A DNA stretch of 62,443 nt, the filler included, from Rhabdomonas costata (taxonomy: Eukaryota), in assembly GCA_019059605.1 (NCBI GenBank). It is 37 parts of 37 records of this genome, joined end to end, with 100 filler letters (N's around TTAATTAATTAA, not from the genome) between each part and the next. Parts side by side here need not be neighbours in the genome. Positions count along the whole stretch, not along the records: positions 11,837 to 13,427 come from JAHMHO010012452.1; positions 13,528 to 15,118 come from JAHMHO010012453.1; positions 15,219 to 16,809 come from JAHMHO010012454.1; positions 16,910 to 18,499 come from JAHMHO010012455.1; positions 18,600 to 20,190 come from JAHMHO010012456.1; positions 20,291 to 21,880 come from JAHMHO010012457.1; positions 21,981 to 23,570 come from JAHMHO010012458.1; 30 more parts are not named here. One strand, written 5' to 3'. The notes beneath the pieces are model-generated. The model ran no database searches, had not been told where the DNA came from, and was given only the letters and a program-made list of their open reading frames with translations. The position numbers and the translations under genes were made by a program. Position 1 is the stretch's first letter, and every line of letters begins with the position of its first letter. Of the stretch, positions 11,839 through 23,066 are shown one piece after another.

Positions 11839-13358
11839 GCTTTTGTCGCCACTCTGCTCAGGCTATCAATGTTGAGTCTGAGTCAGCTCCCTCTTGGGCC
11901 CTACACTGCGACATGCAATCAAGGGATGAGGTCCGTATGGCTGAATCAGGTTAGCTCGGGGGCATTGGTTCCGGTTGTCAATGGTACCTTTACTTTTTCT
12001 GGAGCAGGCTGCATGAGCGATGCGAGCACACTGAAGACGAAGTTCTTGGTATTTGGACAGAGCGCGCCCTTCACTGGGGCTTCAGGATCGAATGGTCCGG
12101 CACTGCGAGCCGGTCTGTTGGCAGCGTTCAAATTTCAAAATGACCTTGGAGGGTTGTCGGGCTACCAGCTGAAGCTATGGAGCTTGGATGATGGCTATGT
12201 TTTGTCCAACGCGATTCCCAATGTTGGAGCACTGATCAGCCGCGGGGTGTTGGGGTTGGTTGGGTTCTTTGGGTCGTCCATTTCCGAAACCAGTGCATCC
12301 ATTTCGTTGGCGACGGGAGTTCCGTTGATTGGTCCCCTTACCGGCTCGGCGATCATACGGCAAACGACATATAACTCGGTGATCAACCTGCGGGCGGGAT
12401 ACAGTGATGAGGTCAACGCGATGGTGAACTTTCTGGTGTCCGGGTTTGCATACCGGAAAATCTCGATCTTCTACCAAGCAGATTCATTTGGAGCGATTGG
12501 CCTAGCCGCTCTTTCCGCCGCTCTTGAGGCTGTTGGACTGAACATTTTGAGTAGCGGTACATACGCTCCAGGGGTGGTGGATCCGACACTGGGACTGGCC
12601 CAACTGCAGTCAGCAGCGCTTCCGTATGAGCCACAAGCAGTGATTGTATGGGCGACGGGTATGATGGCAGTGAACTTTGTCATCCGAGCAAAGGCGACGT
12701 TTTCGTCTTCCGTGGTGTACATGGGCCCATCGACCATTGGTGCTACGTTTGCTTCGTACTTTGGACCGGGCACGGAGAACCTGTACGTGACCCAAGTCCT
12801 GCCTCCCCCCACAAACCTGCAGTACCCATCGGTCACCGGATATCTCGGTCAGATACAGTGGACATATGGGTCAGCTTTTCTGTCCTCAACGTTTGGCTTT
12901 GAAGGCTACGTGAATGGTCGGCTATTGACGATGATTCTGCAGAAAGTGCCCTCTTCCCAAGTGGCAAACCGGCAGAGCCTAATCCAGGCAGTGTACGACA
13001 GCGGTCTTTTTGCCGGTGACGGGCTCACGTATGGGCCATATCAGCTTGGAGCATGCAACCAAGGTCTGCGACAGGTGTGGGTCTCCCGCTGCAGCAATTA
13101 TACCTACTTTGATGTTCACTACATGAGCTTTGCCTTCCCTTCGAGCTGCACTTCCGACCCCAAGAAGAGCCTTCAGCGGGCGGTTGTTTTCGGTCATTTG
13201 TTCTCCAACGACAGCACCGTCACGATTGCATTGGCAAGTGCTCATTCGACTGCAATGAGGGCCTTTTTTGAGAACCTGCTGCACAGCGGAGGCGGGAACC
13301 TTCACCTTGCCGAATTCCCCTTCTCGTACAGTGAAGCTCCCAGTGCGCTCTCAGCTCG
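11839..13358 (+). CDS. Receptor ectodomain with tandem Venus-flytrap (type-1 periplasmic-binding, Leu/Ile/Val-binding-like) modules; receptor adenylate cyclase-like (partial, intronless)
   Basis: Frame is open from the contig start. Motifs include VFGQSAPFTG, LDDGY, PLIGPLTGS, NLRAGYSDE, IFYQADSFG and FEGYVNGR. The module-end motif GPY...CNQGxRxVW occurs twice, followed by the start of a third module (VVFG). Confidence 0.85.
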
Positions 13359-13423
13359 ATTGCAGACGAATGAGCACTTGCCAATGCAACCGTGACGGTG
13401 CTGTCGTTGGAGAACAAATGACC
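13192..13423. repeat. Contig-terminal inverted repeat, 65-bp arms
   Basis: 13192-13256 versus 13359-13423, two mismatches. The right arm runs into the contig end. Confidence 0.95.
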
Positions 13424-16400
13424 CAAANNNNNNNNNNNNNNNNNNNNNNNNNNNNNNNNNNNNNNNNNNNNTTAATTAATTAANNNNNNNNNNNNNNNNN
13501 NNNNNNNNNNNNNNNNNNNNNNNNNNNGGGTGGTGGGTTGAGGTTGGGTTCTGCATGAAGACACGATATATTGTTGTCTTGCGGGGTGGGTTGTCGAAGA
13601 CTGACTCACAAGCACGGGCTTTGGACGCATGACATTTTATAACTCTGGTGGCCTATCGTATGCCAGGTTTATGTGCCCTTGTGTTTTATGAACAGTTCGG
13701 GAAACGTGAGGCAGGTTTCCAGAGGGGCCTTGGCCGCAGGGCACTTTCCGTCCTTTTGGATTTCGGGCCAGTGCTAATGACGAAAAAACAAATACCTGAA
13801 GGAAATTCACCACCTCAATAGCGTGACTAACAAAGCAGGTGTTTTATATTTTTATAAACATCTGTTTGTGGGAATCCCCTCGCATATGCCCTCTTGCATC
13901 CAAGCGGAACCCGCGAAGCGATGGCACTCCGGAATAAGAAAAAGAATAAAATCAAAGATATATACGTGGAGCGGGATTTCGGGATCTACGTGGTGAATCT
14001 CTTTGACACAAGGTGCACTTGTCAGGACATCACAATCCATCTTTGCCGCATGTCCGCGCCTGTCCGCATTCTGCGGAACGCTTCTCTTGATTCAGCAGTG
14101 TTTTGTTGAATGAAGTATCGTTATTTCATCGACCACGAAAGGCCCTCCTCCGCTCCTGCAGGAAACGAGATCAAAACGAGATCACCCCCCAGCTACCCAA
14201 ACGTGTCGGCAAAAAGCAGACGCCTCTCGCCCATTGAGGTGCTGAGAGTGTGCTCCGCTGTGCTGCTCTTTTTGCTTCGTGTCCTTTGTGATTCCTTCGG
14301 GGGGAGGGGCACAGCTGTGCCTCGAAGGCCCTGGACCGGCCCAGCCTTCGGCTAGCCTTCCTGCTGAGCCACTTCTGTGGCGTCACGGCGAACAAGAAGC
14401 TCCAGACTGCGGACTGGAGGGTCCGCCATGCACGAGTAACTAGAGGCAGAGAATATTCTGCGAGGGATTTTTTCGCACCGTTTGTGAACCACAACCCTTC
14501 ATAAGGACTCTCTGCCGGACAGGCCAGACAACGCTTAGAATGTTACATGTCGTCGGAGTAAGGTCCCCGGTGTATTGTCCAAAACCATGTTTCTCCATAG
14601 ATTCAAAGCGGGAGGATCGCAGTGACGAGTGACGAGGGAGATCGGACGCCCCTGAACCCCTAAGTAGCCGACCCTTGAACAATATTTTCCGGGAGAAAAA
14701 GGGCGATGTTCTAACATCAAAGCTAGTGCTAATTGGCATCCAGGGCGCATGGGCTTTCCCGCATAGGGGCAAACGGCTCGACCAGGTCTTCCACAAGACC
14801 TTCCAGGTGCACCTAAATCAAAGGGCGCCCGCTTGCACCCTAGCTAGCCAACCCTACTGCCAGGTGGAGTAGAAAGTGGTCCTAGGGTATGACTCGAGGA
14901 GCCACACCACTTAATTAATCAATGACGTGTACTCCTCCAAGCTGCCGGGTTTCGGTTCCCCCTGGGGACCGCATCGAGAATAAGGGCCGTGGGGAGGGAC
15001 ACGATGGATGTTCCATACCACGTTGAACGTTCGGAAGGATTATCCCATCACACCATGAGGCGCCGACTCATCAACCCATCCGCAACAGACTTGCAGCCAC
15101 ATGACTTCAACAACACACNNNNNNNNNNNNNNNNNNNNNNNNNNNNNNNNNNNNNNNNNNNNTTAATTAATTAANNNNNNNNNNNNNNNNNNNNNNNNNN
15201 NNNNNNNNNNNNNNNNNNCGCCTTCGCTTCCTCGAACGCTGTGCAAGGATGCTGGCCTGCGCGTTGACCAGCTTGATCCGCTTCTCGCCCTGCTGCTCAC
15301 TGTTGAGGGCCAGGACCAAGATCGCGCCTTGCACTCGTCATTCACTCGAACAGCAGCACCCCGCTTCTTAGGCGCGCAAGTACGGACGTAGTCCCCACAA
15401 GTCGTGTTGCAGTCCTGCCAGCTAATTTACACGTCGATAAGCACAATAAATTTATCGAGCAGGGGCCGAGGACATCTAGAATAGTCGGGCGTCCTGGGTC
15501 CGGTCGGTGGTGTCCTCTGACTGTGTGTTTGAAAAGGACATGAGACATGTGAGATCTGCCTTTATTTCAAGTTGGTCCATAAACACTATAAACTACTACT
15601 ACTACTCTAACTATTCTAAGTTGTGAAAAGGGAGAATTGCGAAACCTTTGCGGAAACGGAAATGCAAAAGTACCGTCAGCGAAGCCTCTTCAGCGGATGG
15701 TAGTTGACCTTCAGCAATGCTTGATTACCGTGGCCAGATGGGCCTGAACCTTCTGCTCAGACTTCGTGTGCTTGGTGAAGCACGGGAGCAACGCTTTGCA
15801 TCGAACAATGCAGTGGAAGCATGCAGCAGTTCAGTTTTTCATTTGGTAAACAGAGGGGCATCGGGTTCTTGGGGTTCTCCTGCTGTCCCATTGAGCCTGA
15901 AGCGGTCCCAGTAGTCCCAATGGGCGCAGCTCTGGTGGGCACACCACCAGCTGTAGGTACAGCTGCTGTGGTGACAGGTGCCCGCTGCGAGGGAGCGCAG
16001 GTTTCTCCAATATGCTCGGAGAGCGTGCTGGAGGTCAGCGGGAATCGGTTGAAAGACACGAACTGGCCAATGGGAGTGCACTGCGGGACGGAAAAGAAGC
16101 ACGCTGAAGGCCGGCTCGGTGGTCATGCGCAGGCCCTGAATGGCCCGAACTCTGCCCCAGCCTATGATGTCCAGCTGAGAGTTGAGGAATCTGCCCGCAC
16201 TGCTTCCGTGAGGGAAGGTAGAGGGACTCAGAAAGCTTCCCAGGGTCCGTAGACGTAACGCAGAGCGCTTCGTCCCCTGAAGACGAATTCTTGGCAGTCG
16301 CCGTTGTGTATCTCAATCTCCAGGACGACTTTGGCAAACCAGTGCATGGATTTGCGCTTGCTAAGAAAGTGTGATTGAGAAAATGTGTCAGCGTCCCGAA

Positions 16401-18286
16401 AAGACTCAAACGGTGAAGAGAGAAAAAGAATTTACATTGGCATACTTGACACAGAATGGACACGCCTCTATCTCGCCCGGAATGAACTTGAAAAACGCGT
16501 TGCACGCGTCCTGCAGCTGTCAGAGATTCCCATTTCCGCAGCGTTGTTGTTCACTACCTTCACGTCGTACAGAGCGTACGTCAATACTTTCGACGTGTCC
16601 GTGTTGATATCCCTGTGAGCCGCCTCCTTGAAACATTCGAAAGGGTTGACGGTGGGGGCCACTGTACGGCAAAAAGTTGATGCCGTTTGGCAATCCACTG
16701 CAGCCAGGGATACGTGCGACACTGCAGTGACGTAGCGCCAGCCACCTCTCTCCTCCTGCAGCACGCTAGCTGTTGCCAGTTTCGACAGATTGCATGACCT
16801 TAGGACCGCNNNNNNNNNNNNNNNNNNNNNNNNNNNNNNNNNNNNNNNNNNNNTTAATTAATTAANNNNNNNNNNNNNNNNNNNNNNNNNNNNNNNNNNN
16901 NNNNNNNNNGGTGTTGTTGGGTGAACCTGTAGTGAACCTGTAGTTTCGAACGTGGAGGCGCATCCAGGAGATCCTTTGGATCCCACTCCATCTCTTCCCG
17001 GCTGTCAGTGATTGATGTGATGGTTCCGCATGCTGTGTACCATGAATATGGATATGTCCTGTCACTCTGTGCAGCTGTGTGTGTCAGGTCTCTGTATCCA
17101 TAGAAAAGGATGGCACCGCAGTGGTTCCCCACAAAACGCGCGAAATTATTCGGTGCATCGCGGATATGGGGCGAAGCTATGCATTGGTGGTGAGAGCGAG
17201 TCCGCGCGTGGACCGGTGAAATGACACTTCGCTGGATAGAAATGACTTCGCTGCTAGGAAGCTGTGGGATTCAACTGCGATTAAAGGAAGTTGAAGTTGT
17301 TCCGCTTATCTCCTATTCACGGCTTTGAGATCGCTATGGCTGGCTGTTTTGGTAAGGTTGTGATGTCTCACCTCATAGAAGCAATGTTTACGTATGCTGC
17401 GTAGGTTTGATCCTTGCGGCTCTTCTGGCTGTGGTTGGCTTCGTACGTGTGCAAAAGAAAATCGACCTTTTTTCGCTTACCGTTTCAGCCTTCCCAATCT
17501 CTTTGGTGTGCTATACCCCAGGCCAGGTCGAGACCCATCAAGGTTGTTATTTTTTATCGGGGGCTTTTTTTTTGAAAACTCGCTTTGGGTCGTCGCACCG
17601 CCCTCCCCTCTCACTGCGAGGTTGGTTAGAGCCAGAGACAACGGGTAACCCAAACGAGCAATGTGGTGACGCCGGAAACCAAGGCGGTGTCTTTTTCCAC
17701 TCGCGAAACTAACAAGATCACAAAATGGACGCGGGTGGTGGAATAGAGAAATGACTCGAAAGAAGAAGGGAACCCGATGGGCGCGGTCTCCGTGGTGGTG
17801 GTGGTTATCAGCTTCTGGTTCCTCGTTTCACAGAGAGGTTAGGGTTTTCCTGGGAACTGACAATGAATCGGATCTGCACCGGCGTGTTTCATGTTCTTTT
17901 CAGGTTTTCGACTCTCTCCCCCCCGTTCCCTTATACAATGGATGTTCTCTTTTTCGGGCTGTCCTCGGGCGCCGCGCTGTACTTTTATTATAGCCCCCCC
18001 ACCCCGCTGCCCGCAAGGAGCCCCATCTTCGACGCGCTTTTTCGCTCCACCTCCGGGTGAGTGCGAGTGGGGGTGGGCTGTAAACGCAACGCGTGCGAAG
18101 GGCTCTTATATACGCGTGGCACACGCACACACACACGCACACGTCTTTCCCACTTTTCACCTCCTTGCCCTTCGCGTCCCTTTTTCCCAGTGACAACTGC
18201 ACCCGTGTTTCTTTGGGGAATTCGCTGTGGCAATTATGCACACTCACTTACTCCCTCACTTACTCACGCTCACTCACTAACTGCAG

Positions 18287-18377
18287 CACTGTTCGTCCGG
18301 AAGGCACCTCCCGGAAGCATTCGTTGCCAACAGCGTTTGAGCCCCTCAGGCGGCAGGGTACACCCACGGGCGGTCAG
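18287..18377 (+). CDS. Possible internal exon, unknown protein
   Basis: Branch-point-like CACTAAC plus TGCAG| acceptor, and a CAG|GTATGG donor. Confidence 0.3.
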
Positions 18378-20662
18378 GTATGGGTGTGCTGTGGTTTAAC
18401 TTTTAAGACCAAAACCACACCGCACGAGCGCTGCTGATCGACCTCTGTCTGAGTTGGAATAGCCCACCTCCTACATTCACACACACACACAAAACCAACN
18501 NNNNNNNNNNNNNNNNNNNNNNNNNNNNNNNNNNNNNNNNNNNTTAATTAATTAANNNNNNNNNNNNNNNNNNNNNNNNNNNNNNNNNNNNNNNNNNNNG
18601 GTGTTGTGGTGCCCTTCGAACCCGCTACTTTTTGAAGTCTCCGCTCGCCTCGGTTGGGGACTACCTTTGGGTAATTTCACCGCCAGGTATGACCCGCACA
18701 GTCGTTCACCTGGCTCCACAACGCTTGTCTACACAACTGCGCACAGCAATAGGGGACCAAAAAGGGAACCACGCAGAAAAAACCGAATCAATGGGCTCAA
18801 AGAATCCCATTCTCCGGAATAAATACGCTTGCGCCAAGCGAAGTGGGAAGTGGTGGTAGAGTACACTCCGCCTTGGAGAAAACACAGCTGCACAGTTATC
18901 CTATTATCACAATTGACAGTTCTAGAGGAGGCGAAAGCCTCTCTCTCGCAGGCTGCCCTCGAAGACTAAGACCATTCAGCTTTTGACGCTGCTGCAGGAA
19001 GGACGAGTTCTCTTTTTCGGAGGAGGGGCTGCGCTGTCGTCCAATGAGCTCCGTGGGCTCATTTTGAAGCAGCCTGGGTCCGGCGCTGAGAGTGTGAGGC
19101 CTTTTCAGCGAGGAATATGCAAAGATCGGGAAGGTTGAGTTGGGGGTGGCGGGGCTGAGGTTTCCCGACGGGCTGAGGGTCGCTTTCCGGGCAGCGTAAG
19201 GGAGGCAGCTGCATCGAGAAGACTTTGGCGTATCCTGAGAGTTTGTGTTCATGGCACGACAGAACAGGAGATTTCGGAAGAATCCTGCGGCGGAAATGCG
19301 ATGCAGAAATGCACAAACTAGCAGGCCAGACAGCGACACTGGTAAGCTTCCGAGTGTTTGTTTCAGCAAGTTCACCGAAATTTATTCAAGAAACCATCCA
19401 AGTCTGATCGGGAACACAAAAAAAAAGGAGTCATGAAGTTCCAAACAGGAGCGTTGCCCGTTTGACAGTGTGCGACCGGCCCACCTAGCCTGCCACTGAA
19501 AAGGAGACCGCACACACATAGAAAATGCACCTCCGCCGGAACATGCCACGAGCTGCCGCGTGAGATGATTGTACGCCAGCGGTGCCGAGCGCTGGACTTG
19601 CAGGCGGTCAATGGGCATCGAGGCCCGGACCTGTGCGTGTGCATGTGCATACCGTACCATACCGTACCATCGCAAAAGAATGGGAGGGGCTTTAACAGGG
19701 AAGGTCCAATTCTTGAGGAAAGCGCGTCTCGGCAAGATACGCACAATGTGCAAGCAGACTACACAGACCCAGCCATCCCTCCCCCCAAAAAAAAGGGATT
19801 CTCTATTTTCGGTTTTTTGTTTAAAAAACGTTATGAGAGCTATGGTAAATCCTCCGCTGCGCTGACACGAAAGAACCACCAAGGGGCATGAGAAAGGTTA
19901 CAAATTCTGACCCTAAGGATCAGCCACACGGTGTTTCAGGAGGCTTGCTGTACATACAAAACACCCCAGGCCTACTTCGGCTTTGCTCTCATCCCCTCAA
20001 GATGTTTGTTTGATTCTCCAACCCCAATGCAAACAGGAAACCTACTTTAGGGTCGGTTAACGATGTGAGCGATGATTGCCACGCTGCAGAGGTCCCACCC
20101 CTGCAAAGACCTCTCCTCTGGGAATCTCCACCAGAAGCAGACTGTCCCGGGTACGCAGCACCACGGCCTCCGCGGTGAACCCCAAAAACCNNNNNNNNNN
20201 NNNNNNNNNNNNNNNNNNNNNNNNNNNNNNNNNNTTAATTAATTAANNNNNNNNNNNNNNNNNNNNNNNNNNNNNNNNNNNNNNNNNNNNGGGGGGGGGG
20301 GGGTTGCATTTGTTCCGAGGAGAGGTTTTCGAGCTCGCAGAAGAATGGTAGCGATACCCGTGCCCAGGGGCAATGCATGTGCCCCGGAATGAGATTTCAC
20401 CTTTTGAATGAGGTTATTTTACCTTTCAGGGTTAGGGGGCGATACTGGCGAATTGGGGACACACGTGCACGGTCCGAGGACGATTTCAATACTGCCGCAC
20501 TGCATTCACACTTTTTTCATTAGATGTGCTAATTTCTTCTCCCTGGTGGCACCAGGGTGTGCATGTTTTTTAATTGGGGAGGAGGGGCATGCTCGTCGGG
20601 ATTGCCCCTACTTTATATGGGCGGAGGGTTCAAAATGCAGGGCTCTTTCTTTGTTCTCTCAG

Positions 20663-20854
20663 GACAAGCTTCTGCAGTACGCTGCCAACGACGCCGGGGT
20701 GATGCTTACGCTATATGATTTACTTCAGCCCCTGGTCGAGAAGAGTGGACTGGGCTCCGTGGTGAAGGTAGCCAGCGAGGCCTACGCGGACCTCTTCCGG
20801 GACAAGGCCCAGCGCACCTTTGACCGGGACGAGACCTCGGGTACTGTGCGTTGG
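20663..20854 (+). CDS. DEDDy 3'-5' exonuclease (RNase D/EXD/WRN-like), Exo III exon (partial)
   Basis: After a TTCTCTCAG| acceptor: DKLLQYAANDAGVMLTLYDLL (YAAxDA Exo III motif). The exact donor (20841 or 20855) is uncertain. Confidence 0.7.
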
Positions 20855-21744
20855 GTCCGGGTCTATTGGCAACTTTAAACAATATACTGGCCTTATTCGG
20901 TATTGCAGTGTTGTATTGTATGTCACCTGGTTGCGGCTCTAACCTCCTCAACCCACTCAACAAAGCTCCGCATCACCATGGAAGGCCGGAATCCACGCCT
21001 CAGACAAGCTCAAGCTCAAGTAATACCCCAGCGGGCTCCAGCCCCGCCGTGGTGCCGCTCTCGGTGCCAAAACTAAACTTGCCCCCTTGCAGCAACCAAA
21101 AACGTGCAGGAGAAAGACAAAATTTTGGGTTTACCAGCCTGCCCATGTTCTTCCTTTATTCAACTCTTTTCACTCTGTCTTTTCACTCCTGTCTGCTTCT
21201 GAACTGTGTCGAACAATTTGTCCTGCTCAAAACCTTGCAGAAAAAAACGCCGATGATGGCCTTTGGGTGTCTTTTACTCTGCGAATCTTAGCACATTGTT
21301 GTGATGAGAGAGAGAATGTTTTATTCCGATGTGTTTTCCTCAGCGACCCTGCCCCCGCTGGTTCTTGCCCTTTCCATCGCGGAGCTGGCGCGTTCGAAGT
21401 CTCCGAAGTGAGCTTCACCTCGTGAACGGACCTTCACTTTCGCAAACTTGCGGGTTACTTGTTTTGCTGAGCTGGATTTGAACGGGTGGAACTTTCCTGT
21501 ATTCTTTCCCTTCCAGTGGCTCATCTTTTGGGAACTCTTCTGCGCATTTGAGCACAGTAGCCGTCGACCTTGGAATTGGTCGGGTTACCCCGATTGTGAT
21601 CATGGGTGCCCTTGCATCGATGGGTGTATGGCAGCGGTTCTTTCGTGTGTGCCGTCTTCTTTTTGATTTTTTTCTCTTTTTGATTTTTCTCAGGTAATCT
21701 CATTGTGATTCACGTTTTTCCTTTTCCATTTACTGCGTTTGAAT

Positions 21745-21880
21745 ATGTGGGGCCTGAGCACACGCAAGCACTTGTTTGAGTTCATGGACCAGAAGTGGTT
21801 TCCGGGTATATGCCGAGATCTAATGACCGACACCTTAAAAAACGTGGCAGCCCATCACTACGCCGTTCTAGTGCCCCGCA
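21745..21880 (+). CDS. Class I SAM-dependent methyltransferase-like N-terminus (bacterial/fungal-type family), truncated by contig end
   Basis: MWGLSTRKHLFEFMDQKWFPGICRDLMTDTL matches the 'RxHLFEFxDQxWFPxxxRDxMTD' N-terminal signature. Preceded by a pyrimidine tract. Confidence 0.6.
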
Positions 21881-21980
21881 NNNNNNNNNNNNNNNNNNNN
21901 NNNNNNNNNNNNNNNNNNNNNNNNTTAATTAATTAANNNNNNNNNNNNNNNNNNNNNNNNNNNNNNNNNNNNNNNNNNNN

Positions 21981-23066
21981 TGCACCGTCGTGGTCGCTGT
22001 GGAGGGCTCCACTACCACCCCACCGCTGTGGGGCAGCACCCCGGACGCTAGAGTGGGCCCCAGCAGCACCGCACAGGCCCCGTCGTTGCCCGCCTCCAGG
22101 GCAGCAATGAAGGGCAGGCGGCCAAAGTCCTGAGGAAAAGTGAAAACGATGTAGCTTTTTGGAGCAAGGCTTGCAAAAAAAGAGGCAGAAATAGAGAAAT
22201 GCCATTTGAAGAGGGAAGACATCGAAGAAGCGAAACACCGGCAGGCCGCAGGAACAACGGAACTGTTAGAGGGATGTTTGTGATTGCAGCTACGACATCG
22301 CGGTTGGAGGTACCACGCACGGAGAAGACAGGGCAATCCTCGGGAAAGGCCGACCGTACTTAGGGTGCGAGGATTTGGGGGGAGGGTTTTTTTGCGGTTA
22401 GTTATGGCACAGATTCCGACGATGAAAAGAAACACAGAGAGCATGGGCAAAGAAGGTGACGTGGTCAAGTCCAAGGCCGGCAGGTGGAAGCCAAAAAGAT
22501 AAAAAAAACAATACGAACCCAAGATGTTGTGAACTGTAGTGAGTTGATAGTTCTTCAACATAGGGACTACAGGAGGAATGCGATGCGAAAAACCAACTGC
22601 TCGCAGAAGCAACGCGGCCCCGGCCGAACCCATCAGCAAAAGCAGCACGCTCAGTGTGGCCAAACGAAAACGTAGGTGTGTAGGAACGAGAACCCATCAA
22701 GGGTGGGGCTGGTTGAGCTTTGGGCGCATCATTCATAGCTGTTTCGCAAGAAATGCATACAGTTACTACTGTAGTCAAGGAGGGCGTTTGTGCTGTATTA
22801 TCGATACCGTTCCTTTGCGCATGGTGGGACACAGGCCTCACACGGGAGGCAAGTACCTCGGCAGCATCCACCACTAGAATCTCGAGCCGGCCGTCGTACC
22901 CGCACCGGTGTGGAAAGGTCTCCCCTGTGGCGTCCCACTTCACAACGACCCCACCCTTCTCCTCGGTCTGCTGGGTAACCTTGCCCTTCTTACCGGCGCC
23001 GCCGTCCTCTTCATTCCTACACTCCTTCCAGTCCGGCCCACGGGTGACCGTGTCCCCGACATTCAC
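21981..23066 (-). CDS. Mib_Herc2-domain protein with a downstream ankyrin-like exon (partial)
   Basis: Exon 23066-22857: VNVGDTVTRGPDWKE...DGGAGKKGKV...VVVKWDATG...RCGYDGRLEI. Exon 22129-21981: DFGRLPFIAALEAGNDGACAVLL. Possible upstream exons to about 23465. Confidence 0.75.

Noticed and set aside
13359..13427. C-terminus of the 508-aa ORF and antisense ORF 13220-13426 as a head-to-head paralogue
   Set aside because: Both derive from the terminal inverted copy, most simply an amplification fold-back.
20110..20190. cNMP-binding-like fragment (AVVLRTRDSLLLVEIPRGE, minus strand)
   Set aside because: Too short and at a contig end, with no phosphate-binding cassette visible.
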